The notes beneath the pieces were generated by a model. It made no database searches and had not been told where the DNA came from. It worked only from the letters and a program-made list of their open reading frames with translations. 64,000 nt of DNA from Candidatus Latescibacterota bacterium. Lineage in GTDB: Bacteria; Latescibacterota; UBA2968; UBA8231. The translations under genes and the position numbers were made by a program. Below, piece by piece: positions 7,914 to 17,790 of this stretch (position 1 is the stretch's first letter; every line of letters begins with the position of its first letter). The DNA is taken from contig CBDCXV010000011.1 of assembly GCA_965223905.1 (NCBI GenBank), positions 1,728,001 to 1,792,000 of the forward strand, written 5' to 3'.

Positions 7914-10634
7914 TCACTCCAGCCCGGCGAAAACGCTGATGAAGCTGCTCTGCAGGCTCCTGGCCGGCCCGTTTTCGGGGTCGCGCCGGTCGAACTTGAC
8001 CCCCATCTGAGTGCTGAGCTTGTAGCCCAGATAGTCCCTCGTGTTGGTGAACTGCACGGCCAGGACCCGACTGTTCTGATCGTTGAGATCCTGCCGCAGA
8101 TCCCTCAACTGGATGTACTCCACCCCCGCTTCGACATACGTGCTTGTCAGGATCGGGAAGCGAGCGAGCACGGAGAACAGCTCCGTGAGCTCTTCGCGCT
8201 CGCCGACACCGGCATGACCGCGCGTCTGGTTCCGGTACTCGCTCTTCCATCGCGGCTCCAGTTCCAACAGGCCCAGACTGAACTCGTAGCCGACCTTGTT
8301 GATGACGCCGAAGAAATGCTCGTTCTGCAGCTGGCCGCGAATCCTGCGATCCTCCCTGCCGAGCTGGGTGTGGGTCAGGTCGTACTTGACCTTGTTGATG
8401 AAACGCAGCCTCGACATTCCGGTGTAGTCGAAATTCAACCACAGGCTGTTGTGCCAGGCATCCTCGAGCAGGAGCGGATCGGTGATGTTGACTGGTTGCC
8501 CTTCGGACTCGGCGGTCTGGTATGCCCACTGCAGCAGGTTCTCGCGAATGTCGTCCCGGGCGCGCTTGACCATGTCGTAGACGCGCAGACGACCGAATCC
8601 CGGATAGTCGCGGTCGAAAGTGGCGAGCAGGTAGTTGGTCTCGTTGTGGCGGTCCTCCGAGAGGAGACGTTCGTCCATGCGGCCGGCGATCGCTCGAATC
8701 TCCGGAGTGATGTTGGCGCCGGCATATGCATTGTAGCCGCGGTGATCCCGCCGGTAGGGGTAATCGGGCTCGTTGTCGTTCTCGAACCGGTCTATCCAGC
8801 CGTTGTTGTTCATGTCGGGACCGAAGAGGAATTCCGGCCGGTCGACGTTGAAGCGGAGGAAGGGCTCTTCGTAGTCGGGAAACTCGTTGCGTCGTGCGCT
8901 GCGGCGGTTGTCGTTCTGGTTGAAGTCGGAGATGAAGTCGTTGTTTTCGTCCCATCCGGGGAATATGTCGAAGTCGCCGCTGCCCGCCCCTTTGCGCGCG
9001 AGGTCCGGGATCGCGTCCTGGTCGTCGTTGTCGTCGACGAATTCGTAGAAGGAGCGCGGGTTGCCGTAGTCGACGAACCCCGTCCGTGGGTGGGTGCTCG
9101 TGGTGACCGTGGTGGTGGAGTAATCGTGGTCCATGCTGAACGCTTCACCAAAGAGGAAAAACGGATAAGCCTGCTTGGAAAGGTTCACCATCCAGGCGTC
9201 GGCGCGGCGATCACCCCTGACGCCGGAGAAGGAGTCATGGGTGATCAGGTTGGCGTTGGGGTACATCCTGTAGCTGTAGGACACGTCGTACTCGCCATAG
9301 AGGCTGACGCCCAACACATCCGTCACCTCGATAGTAGCGCCGGCGACCTGGGTGGCCGTGGGCAGGCCGTAGTCGAAGCTGAGCAGGCGCAGATTGGAGT
9401 TGTCCTGGACGTTGCCCTCGGCCCGGGCCACGAGCAGGGGGGTGGTTTGCCCGGCAGTTGCTCTCCCCCCGCCCACATGGGTGGTCTGGCGATTGGAATT
9501 CACCCAGACCTGGTAGTCGTTGCCGACCGGCAGTTGGAAGCGGACCCGTTCGATCTCCGATTTGTCTCCGCGGGCATTGTCCACAAAGCCTGCAGGGCCC
9601 GTGCTGTCGAAATCGTATCTCACGCTGATCTCCTCACTGCCGTCGGCGGCCCTGAAGCCGGTGCGCTCGAACCCGCCCTGGACCACCGGCTCGAACCCGA
9701 TCTGCCTGGCAGCCTCCTGCTCCCCGTCGATGTAGGTGATGATGAGATCGGAGCCTCCCTCGAAAAAGGAGGCCCCTCCCTCGCCGTCTTCCGGCGAGTC
9801 GTCCCTCAGGATGAGCTCGACCCACTCGACCGGGGACCCGTTCTGATCCTGGGTCAATTCCCCCTTTATGAGACCGCCTTCGAAACTCTCCAGGTCGGTG
9901 TGGGACTGATGCGCGTTGACGAAATTGGCGCCGAGCTTGACGAAATCGCCCACCTGGGCGGTCACCCTGCCGCCGAACAGGGAGGTGTTGTTGGTGAGCT
10001 CGATAGCCGTCGGGGTCCTCTCGCCGCCAGGCAGGTTGATGCGGGAATAGATGACGGTGGCCTCGTACTTGTCGGAGGAGAAGTCCCACTGCAGACCGTC
10101 GAAGTCGGGCTTGGAAAAGGTCATCGGCGTGAGAACGGTGCGCAGCGAGCTCCCGATGCTCAACGACGTGTGATACTGGCCCTTGTGGTCGGATGCGATC
10201 ACGAGACTGGAAAACCAACTTTTGAACTTGTCGTCCTTGAAGAGTGAATTGCCCAACTGGGCCCGGGGCTGATTCTGGCGGTGGTCGTAGATCAGCCAGC
10301 CCCTGGAGATGAAGTTGCCGTATAGATCGTAGAAATAGTCACCCTCGTGATTGATGTTGATGTAGCGTTGGAAGGGTTCGCGGGCGTAGTTGGTGTACTC
10401 CCACTGGCGCCAGCGGTATTCCTGGTAGAGCTCGCCCGGCACGTACCATTTGCGCATGGCCGGATCGAGAGTGCCCGTGAGCACACTGGTCCCCTGGGGT
10501 TGGTAGCTCCAGACATCCGCCTTGCGCGTGCCCAGGCGCGAGCCGTAGTCCTGCTGCCCGAGAACGGGAACGGAAGCCGCGATGACGGTCAAGGCGAACA
10601 GAGCAGCACGGTTGGAAAAAGCCGGTCTTTTCAC
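7914..10634 (-). CDS. large secreted/outer-membrane protein of unknown function (~906 aa)
   Basis: GTG 10634 with AGAGGAGGG RBS; signal peptide; Asp/Asn-rich core; alternating beta-strand pattern at the C-terminus ending SFISVFAGLE. Confidence 0.8.
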   Translation of the reverse strand: MKRPAFSNRAALFALTVIAASVPVLGQQDYGSRLGTRKADVWSYQPQGTSVLTGTLDPAMRKWYVPGELYQEYRWRQWEYTNYAREPFQRYININHEGDYFYDLYGNFISRGWLIYDHRQNQPRAQLGNSLFKDDKFKSWFSSLVIASDHKGQYHTSLSIGSSLRTVLTPMTFSKPDFDGLQWDFSSDKYEATVIYSRINLPGGERTPTAIELTNNTSLFGGRVTAQVGDFVKLGANFVNAHQSHTDLESFEGGLIKGELTQDQNGSPVEWVELILRDDSPEDGEGGASFFEGGSDLIITYIDGEQEAARQIGFEPVVQGGFERTGFRAADGSEEISVRYDFDSTGPAGFVDNARGDKSEIERVRFQLPVGNDYQVWVNSNRQTTHVGGGRATAGQTTPLLVARAEGNVQDNSNLRLLSFDYGLPTATQVAGATIEVTDVLGVSLYGEYDVSYSYRMYPNANLITHDSFSGVRGDRRADAWMVNLSKQAYPFFLFGEAFSMDHDYSTTTVTTSTHPRTGFVDYGNPRSFYEFVDDNDDQDAIPDLARKGAGSGDFDIFPGWDENNDFISDFNQNDNRRSARRNEFPDYEEPFLRFNVDRPEFLFGPDMNNNGWIDRFENDNEPDYPYRRDHRGYNAYAGANITPEIRAIAGRMDERLLSEDRHNETNYLLATFDRDYPGFGRLRVYDMVKRARDDIRENLLQWAYQTAESEGQPVNITDPLLLEDAWHNSLWLNFDYTGMSRLRFINKVKYDLTHTQLGREDRRIRGQLQNEHFFGVINKVGYEFSLGLLELEPRWKSEYRNQTRGHAGVGEREELTELFSVLARFPILTSTYVEAGVEYIQLRDLRQDLNDQNSRVLAVQFTNTRDYLGYKLSTQMGVKFDRRDPENGPARSLQSSFISVFAGLE

Positions 10635-10697
10635 GACAAACCCTCCTCTGGATACCCTCAAAACTCTGCTGTGCACGACCGGGGATGGAGGTTTTCG

Positions 10698-12539
10698 TCA
10701 ATAGACGACGACGACCGTTCCCAGGACCTCTTCTGATTTGGCGTCCGCTTTTACCTCGAGCTTGAGCAGATAGAGTCCGGGCGGCACGAGCCGATCGTCA
10801 GCGCCGGTGCCGTCCCACGGTACGGAGTGGCGGCCGCTCTCGAGCTCGCCCGCGAACAGGGCGGCGATGCGGCGGCCGGAAAGATCGTAGACGACGACCT
10901 CGACTGGCGTCGCCTTGGTGAGCTTGAAGACGTCGGAGCGGATCTCGGCGCTGTCGTTGATGCCGTCGCCGTTGGGGGTGAAGGGGTTGGGCACAACCTC
11001 CACGGCACCCAGCAGAGCCACCCCCTCGATGTCGGTGAGAACGGTCAGGTTCGAGCGCTTGTCCTCATCCAGGAGGTTCAGCCCGGGAAAGTCGCCGGTG
11101 AGATCCATGGCGTTGCCGGGAACCGCGGGCTGCGGCAGCTCTTCGGATCCCTCGTTCAACCCCCATCCGTCGAAGATGATGCCGTAGCGCAGAACCGATG
11201 TGACGAAGCGGAGTTTCAGCACGGAACCATCTTCCGTGACGGGCGGAAAACGCACCTTGAAAGGATGCGGGGATACCAGGTGTTCGTCCGCATCCGCACC
11301 CTGTTTGTTCAGGAGCAGGTCCCCCTCCTGATTGAGGATCTGAATCTCTTCGAGCCGCTCGATGGGGGCCGAGGTCCGGATCTCGAAGGTGTCGAAGCCC
11401 CTGTCGGAAGGCTCGGAGGCGCGCACGGCATAGACGAATTCCTCGCCCTCGCCGATCTGCGCCTGACGCGGGAAGATCTCCGCGACGAGTTCCTGGGCAA
11501 CCGGCGGGGAGTGCTCGAAGGAGAGGGAATCGACCTTCTGGGCCGCCTCCAGGTCCTCGCTGGCAAAGCGGATCTCGAATTGAAAGAACCGACGGGGGGC
11601 CGGTGAGGTGATCTGGATACCGCGGTCTTCGGCCAGCCGATAAGGCTCCGACCAGGGGCTCCAATCCTGCGCATCCCGGCCGCTTCGGGTGCGCACGGTA
11701 ATGCCGGAACGAAAGGGATCGCCGATGGCCGCGGCAGACCAGTTTATCCGGCCCCACAGTGAGCCCTGCTCCCCCAGGTCGAAGGGATTGGACAGGTAGC
11801 TGCCGTCCGACACGTAGCCGCGACCGTAAAGCTCGATCTCGTCGATCTCGAATCCCCCGTGGTACTGGGATGTCAGGCGCAGGTAGCGGACGAACTGGAG
11901 CGGTATCCGCATCTCGGCCCGGGTCCTGGTATTCTGCCGTTCGTGGAATCTGCCGATCGCGTTCCATTCGGGGTTGCCGGACTCTGCGAGATTGCTTCTG
12001 CCGTCGTTGACCTGGACGTAAAAGGCCTTGAGATACTCGCGGGGAAAAAGGGAACTGGGATAGAAGACGATGCGATCCATGCCGAGGGGAGCACCCAGAT
12101 CGATGTCGACGTGCTCGCCGAAGGTCGAATTGGCGATCTTGCGGTCGTAGACCTCCGAAATCGTGCCATTCGTGATGTTTTCCAGGGATTCTTGCAGTAT
12201 CTCCTCGCCCTGCGTTCTGCGGATCGGGCTGTTGGGAGAATCGATTTCGACCGTCCCTCCCCGGTCGCGGACCTGCTGAATGAGATTGACGTCGGGGTCG
12301 ATCTGGATGGGCACGATCCAGCCGGGCTCGGTGGCGAAATCGATGACGTTTCCGGGGGCAGTGCCGAAGTCGGACCAAGTGTTCTCCACGCCGCCGACGA
12401 CGAGGGTGTCCAGCGCCAGGCTCCCATGGACGAAGAAAATGATCGACCCGATGAAGCATGAGCCCGCGATGCTGCGGTGACGGGGAGTCCGCCACGAGCT
12501 CCTAGTAGGCCACGTAGACGATGCCGCTATGGTCTTCAT
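10698..12539 (-). CDS. secreted protein with discoidin-like domain and C-terminal CHU_C/FlgD-Ig-like domain (paralog 3)
   Basis: VPNPFTPNGDGIND...YDLSGRRI...WDGTG...VPPGLYLL. Start uncertain; ATG 12539 overlaps the upstream gene. Confidence 0.8.
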   Translation of the reverse strand: MKTIAASSTWPTRSSWRTPRHRSIAGSCFIGSIIFFVHGSLALDTLVVGGVENTWSDFGTAPGNVIDFATEPGWIVPIQIDPDVNLIQQVRDRGGTVEIDSPNSPIRRTQGEEILQESLENITNGTISEVYDRKIANSTFGEHVDIDLGAPLGMDRIVFYPSSLFPREYLKAFYVQVNDGRSNLAESGNPEWNAIGRFHERQNTRTRAEMRIPLQFVRYLRLTSQYHGGFEIDEIELYGRGYVSDGSYLSNPFDLGEQGSLWGRINWSAAAIGDPFRSGITVRTRSGRDAQDWSPWSEPYRLAEDRGIQITSPAPRRFFQFEIRFASEDLEAAQKVDSLSFEHSPPVAQELVAEIFPRQAQIGEGEEFVYAVRASEPSDRGFDTFEIRTSAPIERLEEIQILNQEGDLLLNKQGADADEHLVSPHPFKVRFPPVTEDGSVLKLRFVTSVLRYGIIFDGWGLNEGSEELPQPAVPGNAMDLTGDFPGLNLLDEDKRSNLTVLTDIEGVALLGAVEVVPNPFTPNGDGINDSAEIRSDVFKLTKATPVEVVVYDLSGRRIAALFAGELESGRHSVPWDGTGADDRLVPPGLYLLKLEVKADAKSEEVLGTVVVVY

Positions 12540-14496
12540 TCCTCTCGTCCGTCTCGATCGATATCCGGTAGATGTAAATTCCCGGAGGGGCGAGCCTGCC
12601 ATCATCGTCGCGCCCGTTCCAATTCTCACCGTGAATGCCGCTGACCAGCGATTCGCTCCCCAACTGCCTCACCCGGCGGCCGGTCAGATCGTAGATGGCC
12701 ACGTCGGCGGCAGCTGCGTCGGTCAGGTTGAGCAGCGCATAGGAGAGCTTAATCTCGTCGTTGATCCCATCCCCGTTGGGCGTGAACGGGCTCGGCTGCA
12801 CCCGCACCTGACTGATCAGCTCCTCGCTCAAGGGGATGGTCACCACGACCCCGCCTGCGCTGTAGCGATCGATGGCATCCCCGCCGTCGACAAGCTGTCG
12901 CACTTCGTCGCTGCCATCGATGAATATGCGACCCTTGAACTCCGTGCCGAACTTCACCACGGAGGCGTCGAACACCACCTGCACCCGCTTCCCGGCATCG
13001 GCGACTCCCTTGAGAGTGTCGAAGTGCACGACGAGACGATCGTCCAGGATCTCGGCGTTCGGGTGGGTGTCGTCCGGCTGAAGAAGGCACGGTTCGCAGA
13101 TGATCTTTTCAGTGCCGGCGCCGTCAATCCGCACCAAGCGCACCGCCGAAGGCTCCACGAACGTCTCGATCTCCAGGCTGTCGAAGCCGCGATCGGTGTC
13201 TGCCAGTTCGGGCAGGAGGGTGTAGGTGAAGGTGGTGTCGACCGCCGCCGGCACCTCCTTCGGGAAGATCTCGGCGACGGCCCTGCTGGCGCTGGGCGGC
13301 TTGGAAAAGTCGAAACCGATCGCCTCCAGGCGGCTCCCGTCGGTGATCGTGGGAAAGAAGTCGATGCGAAACTGGATATAGCGCCGCGGCCCCGGCGAAA
13401 CCACGGGCACCCCCTCGGCGCCCTTGTCGAAATCGTAGGGCGTCGACCAGAAGCTCCAGTTTTCGATATCGTAGGTGATGGCAGCTTGCTGGGGGGCATA
13501 GTCCAGACTGCTGTAGTCGGCCAGGGTCAATGGCTCGCCGTCAACCGTCAAAGTCGACAATTCGTCACCCCGCCCGGTGAACACGGAGTAGACACTGGGG
13601 TCGGGAAAATCGCCGTCGTTGGGCGTGTCCCCGGCGCGGCCGGTGCGGGTGCGGATGACGGTCCGGGCATCCGGGTCCCGGGTGCCGGTCCAGTAGAGCC
13701 GGCCCCAGCTGGCCTGCTCCCCGGACCCCAGGGGCGCCACCTGCTCGATGTCGATGATCTCGGAGATATAGGAGGCTTTGGGCACGTAGCCGTCGCCGTA
13801 GATCTCGAACTCGGCGAGCTGCCAGGTTTTGGGGGGGATCGAGATGCCAGCCTTGTTTCTTCGGATTATGGGCTCTATGGCGACGACTTGCCCGTGCCGC
13901 ATTGGAAAGGTGACTTCCACGCTGTCCTTCTTGTTGTCCAGCTCCTCGCGGACCAGCGCCCCGTCGACGTACAGTCTGAAAACATCGGCGTACTTTTCGC
14001 TGGAGTCCGGGTGGGTGAAGAAGACGATCCGGTTGATGGGGAAAATGCCTCCCAGGTCCACGGTCGGCCGGGGTGTTCCCTCCGGGCCCCCGAAATCGCC
14101 CCGGTAATTGTAGACGGTGGTGATGTCTCCATCCAAAGCCCGTTCGAAATACCCCGGGACGCGCTGAAAAACCCGCTCTCGCTGCCAGCCTCCCCGCTCC
14201 TCATAGCCCAGGGAAAGATTGAAGTCCGGGGTCACCCTGATCGGCATCACGTGTGTGGCGGAAGTGTCCAGATTGATGATTCCCAGGGCTGTCTCGTTGT
14301 AGTCCGGGTAGAGGCCCTCCTCTCTTTCAGCCCTGGCCTCGCCCCAGGTGCGGTGCTCCACCGACATTCCGGGGTCGGATGACCACGGATTGTCGGGTTC
14401 ACCGATCACCAGCATGCTGCGCGAATGCACGCTTGTGGAGGCGGTGAGGCCGATGAGAAGGCCGGCCAACCCGTAGACGAAACCCCTGGCACGCAT
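12502..14496 (-). CDS. secreted protein with C-terminal CHU_C/FlgD-Ig-like domain (paralog 2)
   Basis: AGAAGGA RBS; signal peptide MRARGFVYGLAGLLIG; PSPFTPNGDGIND...YDLTGRRV...WNGRDDDG...PPGIYIY. Confidence 0.85.
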   Translation of the reverse strand: MRARGFVYGLAGLLIGLTASTSVHSRSMLVIGEPDNPWSSDPGMSVEHRTWGEARAEREEGLYPDYNETALGIINLDTSATHVMPIRVTPDFNLSLGYEERGGWQRERVFQRVPGYFERALDGDITTVYNYRGDFGGPEGTPRPTVDLGGIFPINRIVFFTHPDSSEKYADVFRLYVDGALVREELDNKKDSVEVTFPMRHGQVVAIEPIIRRNKAGISIPPKTWQLAEFEIYGDGYVPKASYISEIIDIEQVAPLGSGEQASWGRLYWTGTRDPDARTVIRTRTGRAGDTPNDGDFPDPSVYSVFTGRGDELSTLTVDGEPLTLADYSSLDYAPQQAAITYDIENWSFWSTPYDFDKGAEGVPVVSPGPRRYIQFRIDFFPTITDGSRLEAIGFDFSKPPSASRAVAEIFPKEVPAAVDTTFTYTLLPELADTDRGFDSLEIETFVEPSAVRLVRIDGAGTEKIICEPCLLQPDDTHPNAEILDDRLVVHFDTLKGVADAGKRVQVVFDASVVKFGTEFKGRIFIDGSDEVRQLVDGGDAIDRYSAGGVVVTIPLSEELISQVRVQPSPFTPNGDGINDEIKLSYALLNLTDAAAADVAIYDLTGRRVRQLGSESLVSGIHGENWNGRDDDGRLAPPGIYIYRISIETDERNEDHSGIVYVAY

Positions 14497-14512
14497 GGTG
14501 GTGGATTCCTTC

Positions 14513-17500
14513 TCAAAATGCCAGGCTGACGAGGCGGACCAGCGTGTTTCCAGAGCCCGCGTCGCTGTCCACGTGAACGCGGCACAGATAGAGCCCGGGC
14601 GCCACGAGCTCCCCGGCGTTGTCGCGACCGCTGCGACCCTGCCATTCCAGCACCCGTTCTCCGCCCGCTGCCATACTCGAAACCACGGCGACCTCGACGC
14701 CGGCCAGGGTGAAGAACCGGGCTTCGATCCGGCGGGGCGCATCGACATTCGACACCGAAAGCAGGAGCCTCACCCGGTCGTTGATGCCGTCGCCGTTGGG
14801 AGTGAAGGGATTCGGCCCGATCTCCAGAGCGGACAGCGCCGGCTGGTCGCCTATGGGGGTAATGACGGCCGTCCCTTGACCGTCGATCTCCTCCATGGCG
14901 TTGCCGGGGTCCGCTTTCTGCCAGAGTTCGGGGATCCTCGTGTCAGCTTCCTTCGAGTTGGCCACCTCGGCGGAGAAGGTCGTGCCGCTCACGAAGATGC
15001 GGGAACGGAAGCGCAGCTCCACCACCTCGCCTTCGCGCAAGACCGGCCCTTTCTGGCTGCTGGACAGCTGGTTGTAGCTGGTCCGGGTCAAGGACTCTCC
15101 GTCGTTGCCGATTGCCACCTCTTCGCCATCGAAAAGTGCGCGATAGTAGCGCACCGGCCCCTGGGATTCAAAGGGAAGTTCGTTGTAGTCGCCCTCATTC
15201 ACCAGGCGCAGAGTCTGGGCGCCCGTCTCGGGATCGGTCGCCGTGACCTCGAAATAGTCGATGCGGCCCTGCTCGTTGAGCGGCTCCGTCGGCAACCGGC
15301 TCCAAGCCGCCTCGGTGAGCACGCCACCGGATTTGTCGAGGGGGGCTTCATCCCGCGCCACTGCGATGCGGTAGTAAGCCGGGGGGCTGTCGGCGTCGTA
15401 GTCCACGAAGCCCGGCAGCCTTATCCACAAGGTGTCGGCGCGGGTCGAGATGATCTCGAGGCGATCTCCCGCTGAATTGACGAAACCACCCTGGCCATCG
15501 TCTCCGAATTCTTCAACTTCGGCTTCTTCGCCTGCCAGGAGCGCGTCCTGTCCGCCTACACGCACCTCTATCAATTCCATTTCCGTTCGATGCGAAGCCA
15601 GCACCCGTATTTCGTCGAAACGGGTGCTGGTATCCGGCTCGTCGGCTCGGAAGATCGGCCGCACGAAGACGGAGAAGGTGTCCGGCACGCCACTGGCGAC
15701 ATCGATCTGGGGGGTTACCTCCGCCAGGACCTGGCTGGCGAAGGGATCGGTGAAGTGGACGATGATCGAGTCCAGGGTGGCGACGGCATCCGGCCAGTCT
15801 GAATCCAGCGTAGCCTGCAGTCTGAGGAACCGACGCGGCGAGGGCGAAATAAATCGGTCCCCGGAATGCTCGTAGGCCCTGCTCCAGGCGCTCCAATCCA
15901 CCCCTTGGGAAAAGGTCGCGAGGGAATCGCCTCTGTCTTTTGGTTTCGTCCTCCTGTTCCAGTACTTGTCGCGGGTCACCTCTGTTCCATTGGTGAGGAA
16001 GAACCGCCATTTCGGAATGACCTCGTTGCCGGTCTGGGTGCGGACTTCGATACGGGTCCCGGGCGGGGTCTCGCCGACCCATTCCACCCGGGTCAGGGCG
16101 TGCGCCTGGCGCCGGTTACTCCTGTCCTTGAACTCGATCAGGGGGGAGGTGAGAACCACCCCGGCGACACGGCCCTCGCCGAACACCTGCATTGCGCGCA
16201 CGCCGACATGCGTGGGCGGCGCCGTGTTGGAGCCGTCGAGGTGGACGAATTCGATGAAACGGGTTCGAAGCGGTTCGAAACGGTCCTCCGCATAGATGAA
16301 CTTGTTCGTGGTCGCGTTGCGTTCCCGTTCAGGCGGCGAGACCATGTTCCAGATCGGGGTACCGTCCGAGGCCGTGGAACCGTCTGAAACCCGGACCGTC
16401 CACCCCCAGAGCGGGTATTGGGCCGCTCTCGGGTCGCCCAGGATGCGGAAGGCGTCCACCCAGAACAAGGCCCCCAGATCGATGATGAGCGGCCCCCCGC
16501 CCCCGTCGCTTGTCCCGGATTGTCCGGGTGGCATGACCAGTCTGGCACGCCATTCGTCCAGGAAGCTGCCGTTGAAAGCATTGGCCAGGACACCCGGCGA
16601 CGTGCCCTGGTAGGTGAGTTTGCCACCCCTTTCAAAAATCCCGAGAGCTATATTGTCGCCTGCGGTGATAACTTGCACGTCCGCCAGGCGCGGACGTTCC
16701 CTGCGATAGTAGCGCACCGGACCCAGGCGGTCGGGCTCTTCTGTCTCGATGGTCTCGTACGCTTCCCTCGTCGTTGGCACCACGTCGCCGTCAAAGCTCT
16801 TGAGATGGTACTCGATTCTCCCCCGGCTCTCCGGCGACAGGTCATTCTCATAGGCATCCCGGGTTACTTCCTCGGCCCGGTCCAGGTTGCTGTCGGTCAC
16901 CACGATGCGGACGTACTGCAAGGGCGTTCCGGTGAAATCGGGGTCGGCCTTCACGTCCGGTTCGAGGTCGAACGTGAACTCCCGCTGATCCCGAATCCCC
17001 CGGGTGGTGCCGCCGACGGTGCGGTAGTCCAGGGGCCGCACACTGCTGTCAAACTTGAGCAATCCGGTAGAGACCAGAACCCGGAACTGCAGGAACGGAT
17101 CCCCCAGCTCTTCGTCGACGAAGCGCAGGATGATCTTTTCGGCCGAAACCAACCGGCCCATGTCGAATTCGATCCACCACTTGAACGACGGCTCGTCCAG
17201 GTCCGGCTCCCAGTAGGTCTCTAACCGGTCGTCACCCCGGTCGATGGCACCGTCTGCCAGCGCCAGGTTGGAGCCGGCGTTCTTGATGCCGCCGGGCGCG
17301 CGCGGTCCCCCTTCCTCGAAGACGGAGATGAACTGCGCCTTGTCCTTGGCGTCGATGACGTGGCTGAAGCCGGGCGCGTCGGTCAGCGCGTCAACCTGCC
17401 TGCGGAACTCGCGAGGGACGATCAGGGCATCCCGGCCGCCGTTCTTCATCCGCATTTCCAGGACGTCCTGGCTGACCGAATCGAGCGGTTGCTCCAGATC

Positions 17501-17665
17501 CCCCAGGAGCCACTGGCCCCAGTGCTTGTCCGTGTTGACGGTGATCTGCCGCTTCTGGGTATCGATCCGGTAACCCGGCTGTTCCTGGGTAAAACCCGGA
17601 TTCGACCAGAGCAGCAGGATCGCGGCCCAGAGGGGCGCCCTCGTCATGGAGAGAGATCCGTACAT
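14513..17665 (-). CDS. large secreted protein with C-terminal CHU_C/FlgD-Ig-like domain (paralog 1)
   Basis: Signal peptide (TRAPLWAAILLLW); two discoidin-like segments; PNPFTPNGDGIND...VAPGLYLC. Confidence 0.85.
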   Translation of the reverse strand: MYGSLSMTRAPLWAAILLLWSNPGFTQEQPGYRIDTQKRQITVNTDKHWGQWLLGDLEQPLDSVSQDVLEMRMKNGGRDALIVPREFRRQVDALTDAPGFSHVIDAKDKAQFISVFEEGGPRAPGGIKNAGSNLALADGAIDRGDDRLETYWEPDLDEPSFKWWIEFDMGRLVSAEKIILRFVDEELGDPFLQFRVLVSTGLLKFDSSVRPLDYRTVGGTTRGIRDQREFTFDLEPDVKADPDFTGTPLQYVRIVVTDSNLDRAEEVTRDAYENDLSPESRGRIEYHLKSFDGDVVPTTREAYETIETEEPDRLGPVRYYRRERPRLADVQVITAGDNIALGIFERGGKLTYQGTSPGVLANAFNGSFLDEWRARLVMPPGQSGTSDGGGGPLIIDLGALFWVDAFRILGDPRAAQYPLWGWTVRVSDGSTASDGTPIWNMVSPPERERNATTNKFIYAEDRFEPLRTRFIEFVHLDGSNTAPPTHVGVRAMQVFGEGRVAGVVLTSPLIEFKDRSNRRQAHALTRVEWVGETPPGTRIEVRTQTGNEVIPKWRFFLTNGTEVTRDKYWNRRTKPKDRGDSLATFSQGVDWSAWSRAYEHSGDRFISPSPRRFLRLQATLDSDWPDAVATLDSIIVHFTDPFASQVLAEVTPQIDVASGVPDTFSVFVRPIFRADEPDTSTRFDEIRVLASHRTEMELIEVRVGGQDALLAGEEAEVEEFGDDGQGGFVNSAGDRLEIISTRADTLWIRLPGFVDYDADSPPAYYRIAVARDEAPLDKSGGVLTEAAWSRLPTEPLNEQGRIDYFEVTATDPETGAQTLRLVNEGDYNELPFESQGPVRYYRALFDGEEVAIGNDGESLTRTSYNQLSSSQKGPVLREGEVVELRFRSRIFVSGTTFSAEVANSKEADTRIPELWQKADPGNAMEEIDGQGTAVITPIGDQPALSALEIGPNPFTPNGDGINDRVRLLLSVSNVDAPRRIEARFFTLAGVEVAVVSSMAAGGERVLEWQGRSGRDNAGELVAPGLYLCRVHVDSDAGSGNTLVRLVSLAF

Positions 17666-17790
17666 ATGAGGTCTCCCGACTCTCTGGCAGGGCATGAAAA
17701 CAAAAACGAGGGAGGTAATCGAACCCCTCCCTCGTTCAGTATCCTCAAAAAAGATTGCGCCTGATCGTATTGATCGGCTCAATCCGAAGA

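Noticed and set aside
7386-10247. 953-aa plus-strand ORF (likewise 33614..36322, 37803..40061, 26028..27641, 12529..14382)
   Set aside because: Antisense shadows of real genes; expected from stop-codon scarcity in high-GC3 DNA; no recognisable motifs.
10698-17665. Flagellar (FlgD hook-capping) interpretation of the Ig-like tails
   Set aside because: Only the C-terminal Ig/sorting-like domain is present; there are no flagellar genes nearby and the proteins have Sec-type signal peptides.
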